Below, piece after piece: positions 1 through 13,020 of a stretch of 64,000 bases of DNA. Position 1 is the stretch's first letter. Each line of letters begins with the position of its first letter. The notes beneath the pieces were generated by a model. It made no database searches, was not told the origin of the DNA, and saw only the letters and a list, made by a program, of their open reading frames with translations. This stretch comes from an uncultured Candidatus Rokubacteria bacterium (GTDB lineage Bacteria > Methylomirabilota > Methylomirabilia > Rokubacteriales > CSP1-6). The stretch is taken from contig CAWBMV010000015.1 in NCBI GenBank assembly GCA_963789955.1, positions 224,001 to 288,000 on the forward strand. Reading direction: 5' to 3'. The position numbers were made by a program, and so were the translations under genes.

Positions 1-329
1 TGAACGGATCGCCGTTGTGGAACTTGAGGTTCGGGCGCAGCTTGAACTCGTACGAGAGCCCGATCGGCGCTCTCCTTCCACGACTCGGCGAGGCACGGGG
101 CCATGTCGTTGCCGGGCAGCGGCTTGGCCAGCGCGTCGTGCATCGCGTACAGGAAGACGAACGGCGTGCCGATGCCCGGGGTCTCGGCCGGATCGAGAAA
201 AGTCGGCGCGATCGACGCGTCGAACGCGACCGTCAGCTGCCCTTCGGGCTGACCCTGAGCCGCCGCCGCGCCGCTCCACGTCGCCAGAATGAACGCCCCG
301 AGGAGGATCCGTCGCGTGAGCCCATTCAT
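1..329 (-). CDS. ABC transporter solute-binding protein, family 5 (peptide/nickel type); 3' end runs off the window
   Basis: Own translation MNGLTRRILLGAFILATWSGAAAAQGQPEGQLTVAFDASIAPTFLDPAETPG...MAPCLAESW, then (frameshift) YEFKLRPNLKFHNGDPF; signal peptide; GGAGG RBS. Not in ORF track. Confidence 0.85.
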   Translation of the reverse strand, partial: MNGLTRRILLGAFILATWSGAAAAQGQPEGQLTVAFDASIAPTFLDPAETPGIGTPFVFLYAMHDALAKPLPGNDMAPCLAESWKESADRALVRVQAAPEPQVPQRRSV

Positions 330-340
330 ATCGAGCCTCC

Positions 341-979
341 TCACGATTTGGTTTTCTTGCGCGCCGCGTTCGCCGCGCGCCAGAGGTACCAGGCGGCGAC
401 GGAGCGATAGGGTTTCCACCGCTCGCCGACGGCGCGCAGAGCCTTCGGCGTCGGCCGCTCCCGTCGTCCGTACGCGACGCGGTATCCTTCGCGCACCCCG
501 AAGTCGTCGACCGGCAGCACGTCGGGTCGTCCGAGCGTGAAGATCAAGAGCATCTCGACCGTCCACCGCCCGACCCCGTGAATCCGCGTCAGCTGCTCGA
601 TGATCGCGTCGTCGTCGAGCCGCGCCGCCGCTCGCCGCGTCGGCACCCGACCCGCGACCGCGTGCCGCGCGATGTCCTTGATCGCCCGCACCTTGCCGCG
701 CGAGAAGCCCGCCCGGCGCAGCCGCGCGGGGCGGGCGGCCGACACGTCCATCGGCGACGGGAAGCGCCCGTTCTCGAAGAGCGCGACGAAGCGCGCGAGG
801 ATCGACTCCGCCGCGCGACCGTGAAGCTGTTGATGGGCGATCGCGCGCGTCAGCGCTTCGTAGGGCGACCACTTGCCGGGCGCGAGCTCGCAGGGACCGT
901 GAAGGCGAATGAGCCGGCGCATCACCGGATCTCGCGACAGGTGACGGTGCGCCGAGGTCACGAAACCGCCGGTGGCCAT
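341..979 (-). CDS. DNA-3-methyladenine glycosylase II (AlkA/HhH-GPD family)
   Basis: PYEALTRAIAHQQL, HhH motif LTRIHGVGRWTVEM, DVLPVDDFGVR, WKPYRSVAAWYLW; start taken at MATGG. Confidence 0.9.
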   Translation of the reverse strand: MATGGFVTSAHRHLSRDPVMRRLIRLHGPCELAPGKWSPYEALTRAIAHQQLHGRAAESILARFVALFENGRFPSPMDVSAARPARLRRAGFSRGKVRAIKDIARHAVAGRVPTRRAAARLDDDAIIEQLTRIHGVGRWTVEMLLIFTLGRPDVLPVDDFGVREGYRVAYGRRERPTPKALRAVGERWKPYRSVAAWYLWRAANAARKKTKS

Positions 980-1035
980 CGAGACCGGATACAGCGGCGG
1001 CGGCGATGGAGTCAAGCCGGAAGTACGAGTCGGGG

Positions 1036-1248
1036 CTACGCGGCTCCGTTCAGCGCGAGCCGGCGCTCCCACCGTACGCCGCAGTCGGGGCATCGCAGCC
1101 AGGCCACACCCCAGAGGGCACCGTTGGCGGCCACCTCGAGGATGCTGCCGGCGAGGCCGGCGCACTCACGATGGTCGGTCAGGTGTCCCTCGAAGCTCCG
1201 GACGAGGTCGGCGATGGCCGCTCCGCGAAGCGCAGAATCCGTCGACAC
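1036..1248 (-). CDS. Small hypothetical protein, possible zinc-binding (HxxC...CxxC)
   Basis: 70-aa ORF with non-shadow composition; DHREC and RCPDCG; fits between neighbouring genes. Confidence 0.55.
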   Translation of the reverse strand: MSTDSALRGAAIADLVRSFEGHLTDHRECAGLAGSILEVAANGALWGVAWLRCPDCGVRWERRLALNGAA

Positions 1249-1275
1249 CGGCGAGAGCCCTCGCGGGGCGATCGG

Positions 1276-1660
1276 TCAGGGGAACTGCCGCTCGTTGACG
1301 GGCGGCCGGGTGCCGGCGGGAAATTGGATCGTGGTGTCGCCCTGCGGGCTCCGGCCGGTCAGCGGCGGAGTGTAGACCTCGTGATCGGACAGTCGGCGTT
1401 CCCAGTGGCCGGGCACGAGCACCTGACCGTCCGACGCCCGGAACCTGGACGAGTCGATCGGGCACCCAGAGCATGGTGGGCGGACGGACGCTGGGCGCCG
1501 GCGTCGTCGGCACGGGTCGCGTCGACGACTGGTTCAGCCGGTCGAAGATCGCGCCCCCGGGAGTCGTGCCGCCCGGCGCCGGTCTCATCTGGCCCCATGC
1601 CGGGTGCAGCGAGCTCACGCTCACCATCGCCACCACGCCGAGCGCCACGTACCACCGCAT
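1276..1660 (-). CDS. Secreted proline-rich hypothetical protein (one frameshift near 1430)
   Basis: Signal peptide MRWYVALGVVAMVSVSSLHPAWG; LWVPDR, then in another frame VLVPGHWERRLSDHEVYTPP...ERQFP*. Confidence 0.6.
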
Positions 1661-1732
1661 GACTAGATTGTCCCACTCTCCGGGCCGGCGCGCAGCTTCA
1701 TGCGCCAGAACGACGCGCCCAGCGGTCGTCTA

Positions 1733-2236
1733 TCAGAGCGCTTTCAGCATCGTGTCGGCGTCGCTCACCTCGAATTTGCCCGGCTGCTCGACGTTGACGG
1801 CCTTGACCACACCGTTGTCCACCAGCATCGAGTAGCGCTGCGAGCGCACGCCCATGCCGCGCGCGGTCAGGTCCATGTCGAGCCCGAGCGCCTTGGTGAA
1901 GATGGCGCTGCCGTCGGCCATCATGCGCACCTTGCCGCCGGCCTTCTGATCCCGGCCCCACGCGCCCATCACGAACGCGTCGTTGACGGAGACACACCAC
2001 ACCTCGTCGACGCCCTTGGCCCGGAGCTTGTCGAAGTTCTGCACGTAGCTCGGGACGTGCTTGGCCGAGCAGGTCGGCGTGAACGCGCCGGGCAGGCCGA
2101 AAATCGCGATCTTCTTGCCCTTGGTGATCTCGCCGACCGCGAACGCGTTCGGGCCGATCGTGCAGCCCGGCCGCTCGGTGTCGACCATCTCCGTCAGGGT
2201 TCCGTCGGGAATCCGATCACCAACCTTGATCGCCAT
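1733..2236 (-). CDS. Peroxiredoxin, Prx5-like
   Basis: GLPGAFTPTCSAKHVP, CVSVNDAFVMGAW, GVRSQRYSMLVDNG; AAGGAGG RBS. Confidence 0.95.
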   Translation of the reverse strand: MAIKVGDRIPDGTLTEMVDTERPGCTIGPNAFAVGEITKGKKIAIFGLPGAFTPTCSAKHVPSYVQNFDKLRAKGVDEVWCVSVNDAFVMGAWGRDQKAGGKVRMMADGSAIFTKALGLDMDLTARGMGVRSQRYSMLVDNGVVKAVNVEQPGKFEVSDADTMLKAL

Positions 2237-2321
2237 CACATCCTCCTTGAATGAACGCACGCCGTGAAGTTGATCGCGGCGGAGACGCCGCGGGGCAGAG
2301 TATCCGATACGCAACGCGCAA

Positions 2322-4668
<2,347 letters not shown>

Positions 4669-4672
<4 letters not shown>

Positions 4673-5593
4673 CGCGCGGCGGCCGACTCGGGCCCGCAAC
4701 ACGGGCGCCACGTCGTTCGCCACGCGGCGGAGGTGCGCGAGGTCGAGATTCGGAACGCCGAGCATGAGCTTCGTGATGCCGGCGTCCACGTGCTCGACGA
4801 GCCGCGCGGCGACCTCGCGCGCCGGTCCGAAGATGGCCCACTGATCGACGTCGAAGCGTGCCCCGTAGTAGCCGTGGAGAAATGCTCCCAAGGTGGCCCG
4901 CGCTCGATCGCGATCGTCGTCGACCGCGACGTACACGAGTCGGCCTGCGACGAGCGCGTCCGGGTTTCGCCCGGCGGCACGCGCGGCATCCTGCACGGCG
5001 CGCCACAGGCGGGGGAAGTCACGCACGGTGCCGAACGGGCTCATGATCCAGCCGTCGCCCAGCTCGCCGGCTCGGCGCAGCGCGCCCTCGGCGTGGCCGC
5101 CGACGTAGAGGGGAACGCGCGCCGCCGGACGGACGATGGCCTTCTCGAGGCGGAAGAACTGGCCCTGGTGGTCGACCGGCTCGCCGGTGAGCAGCCTCCG
5201 GATCACCGCGACGCTCTCCTGGAAGACCGTGACGCGGCGGTTCATCGGCACGCCGACGGCCACGTACTCCTCGGGGCGACCGCCGAGCGACACACCGAGA
5301 GCCAGCCGCCCGCCGGAGAGGTGATGAAGCGTCGACACCTGCCGGGCGACCACCGCGGCCGCGCGCAGGGTGACGACGAGCACCGCGGTCCCGAGCTCGA
5401 TCCGCCGGGTGCACGCGGCCGCCACGGCCAAGAGCATGAGCGGATCGAGCATGTTCGCGTCGTGGAAGATTCGATCCTCGGTCCACACCGCGTCGAGCCC
5501 GAGCGCCTCGACCTGACGGAAGAACTCCGCGTAGGCCTCGCCCGAATCGAGCGGCGTGACCGCGGAGCTCGGCACATGGATACCGACTGACAC
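4669..5593 (-). CDS. LLM-class flavin-dependent oxidoreductase
   Basis: EALGLDAVWTEDR, TRRIELGTAVLV, LSGGRLALGV, PLYVGG, RAGELGDGW; probable ATGA overlap with the MMPL start. Confidence 0.88.
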
Positions 5594-5634
5594 GGACGAG
5601 GGCGGGACAAGCTTGATTGTAAAAGGCTATCACA

Positions 5635-5934
5635 TCAGGACTTCGGGGCCGCCCTTGGTCCGAAGGGTTCTGGCCGAAAGCCTCCGTCCCGGGCCTCCAG
5701 GAACGCCTTGAGGCCCCCCGACTGCATCGCGGCGATGAGCTCGGCCCGCTGGGCGTTGTACGAGGCGTGCGCCATGCTCGAGAACGGCGCGTTCATCAGC
5801 ATCCCGGCGCCGATGCCCGAGCGTGCCGCTGAGCCGCGCTGCAGGTTCGCGACGACCCGTGTCGCGCGGGTCATCCGCTGCGAGGCGCCGACGACCGCGA
5901 TGCTCGCCGGCTTCATCAGAGGCGCCAGATTCAT
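5635..5934 (-). pseudogene. Chimeric remnant: acyl-CoA synthetase (ADP-forming) N-terminus joined to a crotonase-like C-terminus
   Basis: MNLAPLMKPASIAVVGAS resembles a CoA-binding N-terminus; GGLKAFLEARDGGF resembles an enoyl-CoA hydratase tail; only 99 codons. Confidence 0.5.
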
Positions 5935-6037
5935 CGGCCGCCCGACTATGGCGGAAGGGTCGTCGGCTGTCAACGCGCGCACTCCACCGAGGACGGTGCG
6001 CGGGCGTTCGGCGCGCGCGATTCCTAGTCGCCGGCGT

Positions 6038-6385
6038 TCAGCGGATCGTCGAGGGTGGCCCGGAGTGCGGCTGCAGGTACGGGCTGGCTGGACCCGCGTA
6101 GGGGAAGTAGCGAGTCGTTCCCGGGACTTCCTGGTTGTCGACCGTCAGGCACGCGCAGCCGATGCCGGGGGGCGCGGACCATGTCGGCAGCTGGCACCAG
6201 CCCCACTGCGTCGTGCAGATGTTCGCCGGCGGCGCGACGGTCTGGGGAACAGGTCGCGGAGGCGGATGCGGCCGCGCGGGCGCGGTCGATTCGGGGCGCG
6301 GAGCGACCTGCGCTTCCGTCGTGGTGATCGTGCTCACCAGCAGCAGCGCCAGGACTGCCGGCGCGAGAGGCATTCGGCGCGCCAC
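6038..6385 (-). CDS. Secreted Pro-rich protein with a four-cysteine mini-domain
   Basis: Signal peptide ending TEA/Q; ICTTQWGWCQL...GIGCACL; starts 6 nt after the permease stop. Confidence 0.65.
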   Translation of the reverse strand: MARRMPLAPAVLALLLVSTITTTEAQVAPRPESTAPARPHPPPRPVPQTVAPPANICTTQWGWCQLPTWSAPPGIGCACLTVDNQEVPGTTRYFPYAGPASPYLQPHSGPPSTIR

Positions 6386-6391
6386 GGCGAG

Positions 6392-7363
6392 CTACTTGAG
6401 CCGCGGGTCGAGCGCGTCGCGGAGACCGTCGCCGAAGAGATTGAAGCCGAGCACGGTGACGAAGATCGCGATGCCGGGGAAGAGCGAGATCCAGGGATTG
6501 GAGTGAATGAACGCCACGTTGGCCTTCAGGTCCCAGCCCCAGCTCGGCGTCGGCGGCTGCGTGCCGAGCCCGAGGAACGACAGGGTGGCTTCCACGATGA
6601 TCGACGTCGCGATGCCGAGCGTCGTCGTCACGATGATCGGCGCCAGGCAGTTCGGCAGGACGTGGCGGAGAAGGATCCACGGATCGCGCACGCCGACGGC
6701 GCGGCACGCCTCGATGTACTCTTTCTCCTTGATGGACAGCACGCTGCCCCGGACCAGACGCGCATAGATCGGGATCCGTACGATGGCGATGGCGCCGGTG
6801 ACCTTCATCGTGCCGATGAGCCCCGCCGTCGGCGCGAAGATGACCATCAGGATGATGGCGAGCAGGTAGATCGGGAATGCGAGGATCAGATCCATCGTGC
6901 GCATGATGAGGGAGTCGGCGCGTCCGCCGTAGTAGCCGGCGATCATCCCGAACGGGACGCCGACGAAGAGGGCGAGCAAGACCGACGAGACACCGACCGC
7001 GAGCGAGATCCGGCTGCCGTGGATCACGCGGCTCAGCATGTCGCGCCCGAGCTGATCCGTCCCGAGTGGGTAGCTCCAGCTCGGGCGCTCGAAGGTGTGG
7101 GCCTGGTCGCTGGCGATCGGGCTCCGGGGCGCGAGCACGTCGGCGAACAGCGCGACCACCAGCAGCAGCGCGACGATGACCGCGCCGATCAGCGCAGTCG
7201 TGCTGCGCCGGAGTCGGCGCACGCCCTGCGTGAACGGGGATTCCGCCCGATCGCGTTTGGCCAGCCAGGCGACCTTCGGCGCCGCTCCCAGATCGGCTTC
7301 CTGAAGGCTTCCTCCGCTGATGCTCCGGAGCTGCCTCGCGCGCGTACCGTTGTCGTCGCTCAT
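6392..7363 (-). CDS. Peptide/nickel ABC transporter permease (DppC/OppC-like)
   Basis: PLGTDQLGRDMLSR, EYIEACRAVG, RHVLPN, EATLSFLGLG. Confidence 0.95.
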   Translation of the reverse strand: MSDDNGTRARQLRSISGGSLQEADLGAAPKVAWLAKRDRAESPFTQGVRRLRRSTTALIGAVIVALLLVVALFADVLAPRSPIASDQAHTFERPSWSYPLGTDQLGRDMLSRVIHGSRISLAVGVSSVLLALFVGVPFGMIAGYYGGRADSLIMRTMDLILAFPIYLLAIILMVIFAPTAGLIGTMKVTGAIAIVRIPIYARLVRGSVLSIKEKEYIEACRAVGVRDPWILLRHVLPNCLAPIIVTTTLGIATSIIVEATLSFLGLGTQPPTPSWGWDLKANVAFIHSNPWISLFPGIAIFVTVLGFNLFGDGLRDALDPRLK

Positions 7364-7370
7364 CGTGCCC

Positions 7371-8345
7371 TCAGGCGTACCGGATCCTCGGATCCAGGAA
7401 GGTATAGGTGAGATCGACGATCAGGTTGATCACGACGAACGCGAGCGCCGTCACGAGGGCGAAGCCCTGCACCTGCTGGTAGTCGCGCGCGATGATCGCG
7501 TCGATGCCGAAGGTGCCCAGACCAGGCATCGCGAAGAGCGTTTCCACGACGATGGCGCCCCCGATGAGGAAACCGACCTGCAGGCCCATCACCGTCACGG
7601 TTGGGATCAGGGCGTTCTTGAGGGCGTGCTTGAGCACGACCGGGCCCTCGCTCAAGCCCTTGGCTCGCGCCGTCGTGACGTACTCGGTGCGGATGACCTC
7701 GAGCATGCTGGCGCGGAGCAGCCGCGTCAGGAGCGCGGCCCGCCCCACGCCGAGCGCGAAGGCGGGCATCAGGACGTGCTGCGTGTTGCCCCAGAGGCTT
7801 GCCGCGCATACCACGGTCTGGCAGGTGCCCGGGAAGTACACCCAGCCCGAGCTCGGCAGTGCCCCGCCGAGCCCGACGGAGAAGATGAGCAAGAGCAAGA
7901 CACCGAGGAAGAACTCCGGGACGGAGACGCCGACCATGGCGATGGACGTCGCCGTGTAGTCGGCCCACGTGTTCTGGCGCAGGGACCCGATGATCGCGGC
8001 GGGGATGGCGATCACGAGGGCCACGACCATCGACAGGACGATCAGCTCGAGCGTCACCGGCAGGCGCACCAGAACGTCTTGCAGGACTGGACGACCGCTC
8101 AGGATCGAGCTGCCCCAGTCGCCCTGGGCGAGCTTGCCGAGCCAGATCACGTACTGGACCATGACCGGCTTGTCGAGCCCGTACTCCTGGCGCGCCTTGA
8201 TCGCGTTCTCCTCGGTGTAGGCGTCGCCGAGCAGCGACACGACCGGATCGCCGGGAATCGACCGCATCATGACAAACACCACGAACGTGATTCCGAGGAC
8301 GGTCGGAATGATCTGCAGCAGCCGGCGCAGAATGTAGGTTCGCAT
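7371..8345 (-). CDS. Peptide/nickel ABC transporter permease (DppB/OppB-like)
   Basis: YILRRLL, PGDP, TARAKGL, HALKNALIP, VETLFAMPGLG, LDPRIRY. Confidence 0.95.
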   Translation of the reverse strand: MRTYILRRLLQIIPTVLGITFVVFVMMRSIPGDPVVSLLGDAYTEENAIKARQEYGLDKPVMVQYVIWLGKLAQGDWGSSILSGRPVLQDVLVRLPVTLELIVLSMVVALVIAIPAAIIGSLRQNTWADYTATSIAMVGVSVPEFFLGVLLLLIFSVGLGGALPSSGWVYFPGTCQTVVCAASLWGNTQHVLMPAFALGVGRAALLTRLLRASMLEVIRTEYVTTARAKGLSEGPVVLKHALKNALIPTVTVMGLQVGFLIGGAIVVETLFAMPGLGTFGIDAIIARDYQQVQGFALVTALAFVVINLIVDLTYTFLDPRIRYA

Positions 8346-8446
8346 CTCGGCCCTGGCTACCTGTCCGCTATCTTTCCGTGAATGCGAGTGGAGAGTCCGC
8401 GCACTCTACGGGAGTCCGCGCCTGTCGACAAGTGATCCCCGGCTCC

Positions 8447-10065
8447 CTATTTGTCGAGCCAGACTTTCTTGTAGACGATCTTGAACTCGGCCTGGTAGAC
8501 GTAATCCTTCATCCACGGCTGCGCCGCCTGGTAGAACGGTGAGCCGGAGATCGTGTTCCAGTAGAGCTTGTCGGCGCTGTACTCCTGCAACTCTCTGGCG
8601 ATGGCCTTGCGCTTCACAGGATCCATCTCTCGGGCGTAGCGCGTGTAGAAGTCGTCGATCCTGGTATCGGTGTGGCGCGCACTGTTCCAGGCCGCCGAGC
8701 TGGCCGACAAGGTAGGAGTTCTGATCCACGGTCAGGAGGGAGGCGAGGTCCTCGACGTACATGTCGAACACGCCATCCTGCGTCGCAGTGGTCAGCCAGC
8801 TGGGCTTGTCGACCAGCCGGATGTTCGCGGTGACCCCGATCCGTGCCATCTGCTCCTTGATCACGGTGGCGATCACGCTGAACACCGACTTCTCGCTGTT
8901 GGTCATCAGCTCGAAGGTCAGCGGTTTCTGTGGGCCATGGCCGGCCTCGGCCAGCAGCGCCTTGGCCTTCGCAGGATCGTAGGGACACATGTGATTGACG
9001 TCCACGGTGTCGATCGTGCCGGGCGGGATGATCCCGACCCATGGCGTGGCCCGGCCCTTGTACGCGATCTTGACGATCTCGTTGCGATCGATGCCGTAGC
9101 ACGCGACCGCCTTGCGGACCCTGATGTCGCCGAAGATCGGGTGCGGCCCGCGGTTCTTCGACATCGGCTTGCCGTCGGCCGGCACGGTGACCTTCATCAT
9201 GGCCACCATCGGCGTCGTCTCCTTCCCGGTCATGACCTGGGCGCGGGGGTTCTGAGCCCGGAGCGTGTCCACGTGATCGGCCGAGAAGTCGGCGATGAAA
9301 TCGATCTCGCCGGCCTTGAACGCCGCGAGTTGCGTGACCGGATCCTTGATCGTGCGGATCACGACGCGATCCAGGTAGGGAAGCCCCGGCTCGAAGTATT
9401 TGTCGAAGCGGTCCATGACCAGATGGGTGCCCTTCACCCACTCGACGAGCTTGAAGGGCCCGCATCCGACCAGCGCCTCGGGCTTTCCTGCCTTGCGCTC
9501 TTCGGGTGAGTGCTTCTGCATGGCAGCGGGCGAGAGGATGATCGATCCCCATGCGATAGGTCGCCAGCACGTGCATCATGAACGCGTACGGCTGCTTGAG
9601 TCGGATCTGGACGGTGTGGGAATCGACCACCTCGACGGAGTGCACCGCTCCGAGGAACTGCCGCATGTTGGACTTATTCGCGGGGTCCAGGACGTAGTCG
9701 AACGTGAATTTCACGGCGGCGGCGTCGACCTTGGTGCCGTCGTGGAACAGGACGTTCTTCCTGAGCTTGAACGTGTACAGGAGACCGTCGGGAGAGATCT
9801 GCCACGACTCGGCGGCGTCCGGAATGAAGTTCCCGTCGGGGGTCATGCTGACGAGCCCGCACCCGACGTTCGTCGCGACCCAGACCATCTCGTAGCCGGG
9901 CAAGGTGTAGAAGTCCATGCCCAGGATCTCGTTGCCGTAGGCGACGTGCAGGGTTCCCCCTCGTTTGACCGCCTGGCCTTCCGCCGCGATCGGCAGCACG
10001 GCGAGCACGACAGCGAGCGTGATCAGCGCGGATCCCCGACCTGGTAGGCGGTATCGTGAACGCAT
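8447..10065 (-). CDS. ABC transporter solute-binding protein, family 5 (two frameshifts)
   Basis: AESWQISPDGLLYTFKLRKNVLFHDGT; VGCGPFKLVEW; PYLDRVV; ends KKVWLDK; split over three ORFs. Confidence 0.92.
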
Positions 10066-10118
10066 GGTGTCTTTTCCTCCCCATTAATGGAGCGTGTGGA
10101 GCGGACGCCGCCGTTACC

Positions 10119-11743
10119 TTACAGCAGTCGCCTCCTGTCAACAAGGGGTGACGCGGGCCGCTTCAGAACCCGGCCTGGCAGTAGGCCGGTGTGGTCGCCG
10201 GCGTCGATCACGACCTCGCCGTTGACGAGGACGGTGGAGATGCCGGTGGCGTACGATGGGGATCGTCGTAGGTCGCGTGGTCGGCGACCGTGGTCGGGTC
10301 GAACACCGTGATGTCCGCCCATGCGCCCTCGCGCAGCACGCCGCGGTCGGCGAGTCCGAGGGCCGCCGCGGAGCCGCCGGTCGTCTTGGACAGCTGCCTG
10401 CGGCAGCGTGAGGAGCCCGCGCTCGCGCACGCAGTGCCCGACCACGCGCGCGAACGTCCCGTAGTAGCGGGGATGCGGCTTGCCCTGTGAGGTGACGCCG
10501 TAGGTCGCGAGCGCCGTGCCGTCCGAGCCGACCAGGACCCACGGCGCTCGAATGATCTCGTCCACGTCTGCCTCCGCCATGCTCCGGATCAGGATGCGGG
10601 TGTGGCCCCGGTCCTCGACGATCACGTCGCACACGGCGTCCAGGGGATCGACGCCGCGGCGGCGGGCGATCTCGCCGAGCGTGCGGCCCGCCTCGTCCGG
10701 CAGGTGCGGCGACACCGCCACGCGCACCACGTCCCACGACGGAATCGCGCCGAAGTTGTTGAGCCCGTCCTTCGCGATGTCCTCGCGGATGCGCTTCCGG
10801 ATGGCCGGGTCCTGCAGCCGTTCGAGCATCGCTGCGGCTCCGCCCTCCTGCACCCAGCTCGGCAGGAGGTTCTTCAACGGGTTCGTTCCCGTGTCGTACG
10901 GGTACTGGTCGCAGTCGACGTGGAGGCCGCGCGCGCGCGCGGAGGCGATCTCGGCGAGCAGCCTCCCCGCCCCTCCCCAGTTGTCCGTGCCGGAGAGCTT
11001 CAAGTGCGCGATCTGCACGTGAACACCCGTCGCCTCGGCCACGGCGATCGCCTCGCGCACGGCCGCGAACACTTGGTTGGCCTCGTCGCGGATGTGCGAG
11101 GCGTACGTCGCGCCGTGGCGCGCGAGCACCCGGGCCAGCACGAGGATCTCATCGGCGCCCGCATAACTTCCGGGCGCCGTGAAGAGCCCCGACGAGAGCC
11201 CGATCGCGCCCGCCGTCAGCGCTTCCTCCAGCAGCGCTTCCATGCGCTGGAGCTCGGCGGCGGTCGCGGCCCGGCGCTCCATGCCCACCGTCATCAATCG
11301 GAGCGTGTTGTGCCCGACCTGCATGATCGTGTTGACGGACGCGGACGGAAAGCTGTCGAGATACTCGGCGAACGTCACGTCGCGGAACGGAAGCCACGGC
11401 GCGCTGGAGGCCAGGTACTCGCGGAGCATGGCGGCGGTCCCGGGCAGCGCCGGCGCGGCGGACAGGCCGCAGTTGCCCACGACCTCCGTGGTCACGCCCT
11501 GGCGCACCTTGCCCTCGGCGCGCGGATTGAGCGGCAGCGTGAAGTCGGAGTGCGTGTGGATGTCGATGAAACCGGGGGCGACGACCTGGCCCCGCGCGTC
11601 GATGATCTGCCGGGCCGGCCGCGACGACCGGTGCTCGACGGCCGACGATGCGGCCGCCTGCGACCCGCCACGTCAGCCTCGCACCCGGGCGCGCCAGTGC
11701 CGTCGGTTGCCAGGATCGCCTCACCAATCATCAGATCGTCCAT
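10119..11743 (-). CDS. N-acyl-D-amino-acid deacylase (D-aminoacylase), frameshifted
   Basis: VVAPGFIDIHTHSD, QGVTTEVVGNCG, YASHIRDE, QIAHLK, DQYPY, GSDG, HPRYYGTF. Confidence 0.9.
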
Positions 11744-11756
11744 CGTTCCCTCATGA

Positions 11757-11860
11757 ATCTAACGTCGCACCTCGGCCGGCGGGGCCCCAGCCCCGCGACG
11801 GCCTGCGGTGCGAACGGCGATCTAACGTCGCACCTCCGCCGGCGGGCTCTCACCGGCGTC
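11757..11860 (-). repeat. 63-bp structured repeat: one full unit plus a degenerate second unit (same family as 55895-56080)
   Basis: ATCTAACGTCGCACCTC recurs at 11757 and 11820; 11772-11806 is the exact reverse complement of the 35-nt core of the first 55.9-kb unit. Confidence 0.9.
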
Positions 11861-11864
11861 GAGC

Positions 11865-12626
11865 GCGCCAGATTCTTCGTGGACCGCCATTTGCGTGCCC
11901 CGACTCGAGTGTGACGTATTCGTAGCTCGTGGTGGCCGACTCCGGCGGTCGCACCTCGATCAGATCCTCGACCTCGGAGAAGCCGTTGGCGGCGCAGCAC
12001 GCGGATCCAGTCCCCGTGCGCCAGATGGAACTCGACGCCCGGATCGCCGGGCCACTCGATCCGTCGCATGCCGAACGCCGGGCGGAGCAGCCGCTCGGCG
12101 GCGACGCCGTCCTCTTCCGGCACGCAGAGGGTGAAGAGCGGCGAATTCACCAGGAAGATCAGCTCAGCGCCGGGGTCGGAGAGCGCCGCCTCGGCGACCC
12201 AGCGATCCGGATCCGCCCAGAGGCAGGCGCCGTATTCCGAGATCGCCAGGTCGAAGGCTTCGCCGCGGCAGGGCACCTGCTCGGCGTCGGCTTCGATCAG
12301 CGGGAACTCGAGGCCGTGCCGGCGCTGGAGTCGGCGCGCGGTCGCCAGCTGGGCCGGGAGGCGTCGATCTCGACGACCTTGACCCGACGGCGGGCGAGCC
12401 ATGCCGACACGTAGGCTGTTCCGCAGCCGAGCTCGATTCCGGTCTTGCCGGCGAGGCCCTCGGAAACAGCATCAAGCTGAGCCCGGAGACACGCCAGATG
12501 CCCCACTCGGTTCGGCTCTTCTCGGGCCCACGCCCGCTCGCCGCCGGCGACGTAGTTCCGCGCCTCCGCGTTCCAGCGGACGCGGTTGCGCCGCACGTGG
12601 TCCGAGAGCGCGCGCTCGTCGCCCAC
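11865..12626 (-). CDS. Class I SAM-dependent methyltransferase (many frameshifts)
   Basis: IELGCGTAYVSAWLARR, FDLAISEYGACLWADP, VEFHLAHGDWIRVLR; 3' boundary approximate. Confidence 0.8.
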
Positions 12627-12659
12627 GCCAGCCCTACGGCCGCATCCGGCCGCGCGGAG

Positions 12660-13020
12660 TCACACCCGAGCGCGGCCAGGTGGGCATCGCGCTCGAGGTG
12701 GTGGAGCTCCGGATCCGCGTAGCTCATCAGCTCGGGGCGCGCGCGGCCGAGCATCACCTGAAGATAGGCGGGTTCGAGGCCCACGCTCGAAATCCGGGAC
12801 GACGCGGCCGGCGCCGAGACACAGTCCCAGCGCCCGAGCACGCTCCTCCGCGGCGGCCCGCACTGTCCACGAAGAAAACCTTCACCTTGCCGTCGAGGAT
12901 GAAGAACACCTCCTCGACCTCGTGCGTGTGCGCGGCGTTGCCCTGACCCGGCGGGACGAACATCACACTCAGGGTGAACTGCTCGGCGGGAATCGCGCGC
13001 GCGTCAGTCTTGCCCGATGG
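12660..13020 (-). CDS. Cupin-domain protein, 5' end missing, frameshifted
   Basis: FTLSVMFVPPGQGNAAHTHEVEEVFFILDG (cupin motif 1); VGLEPAYLQVMLG. Confidence 0.75.
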
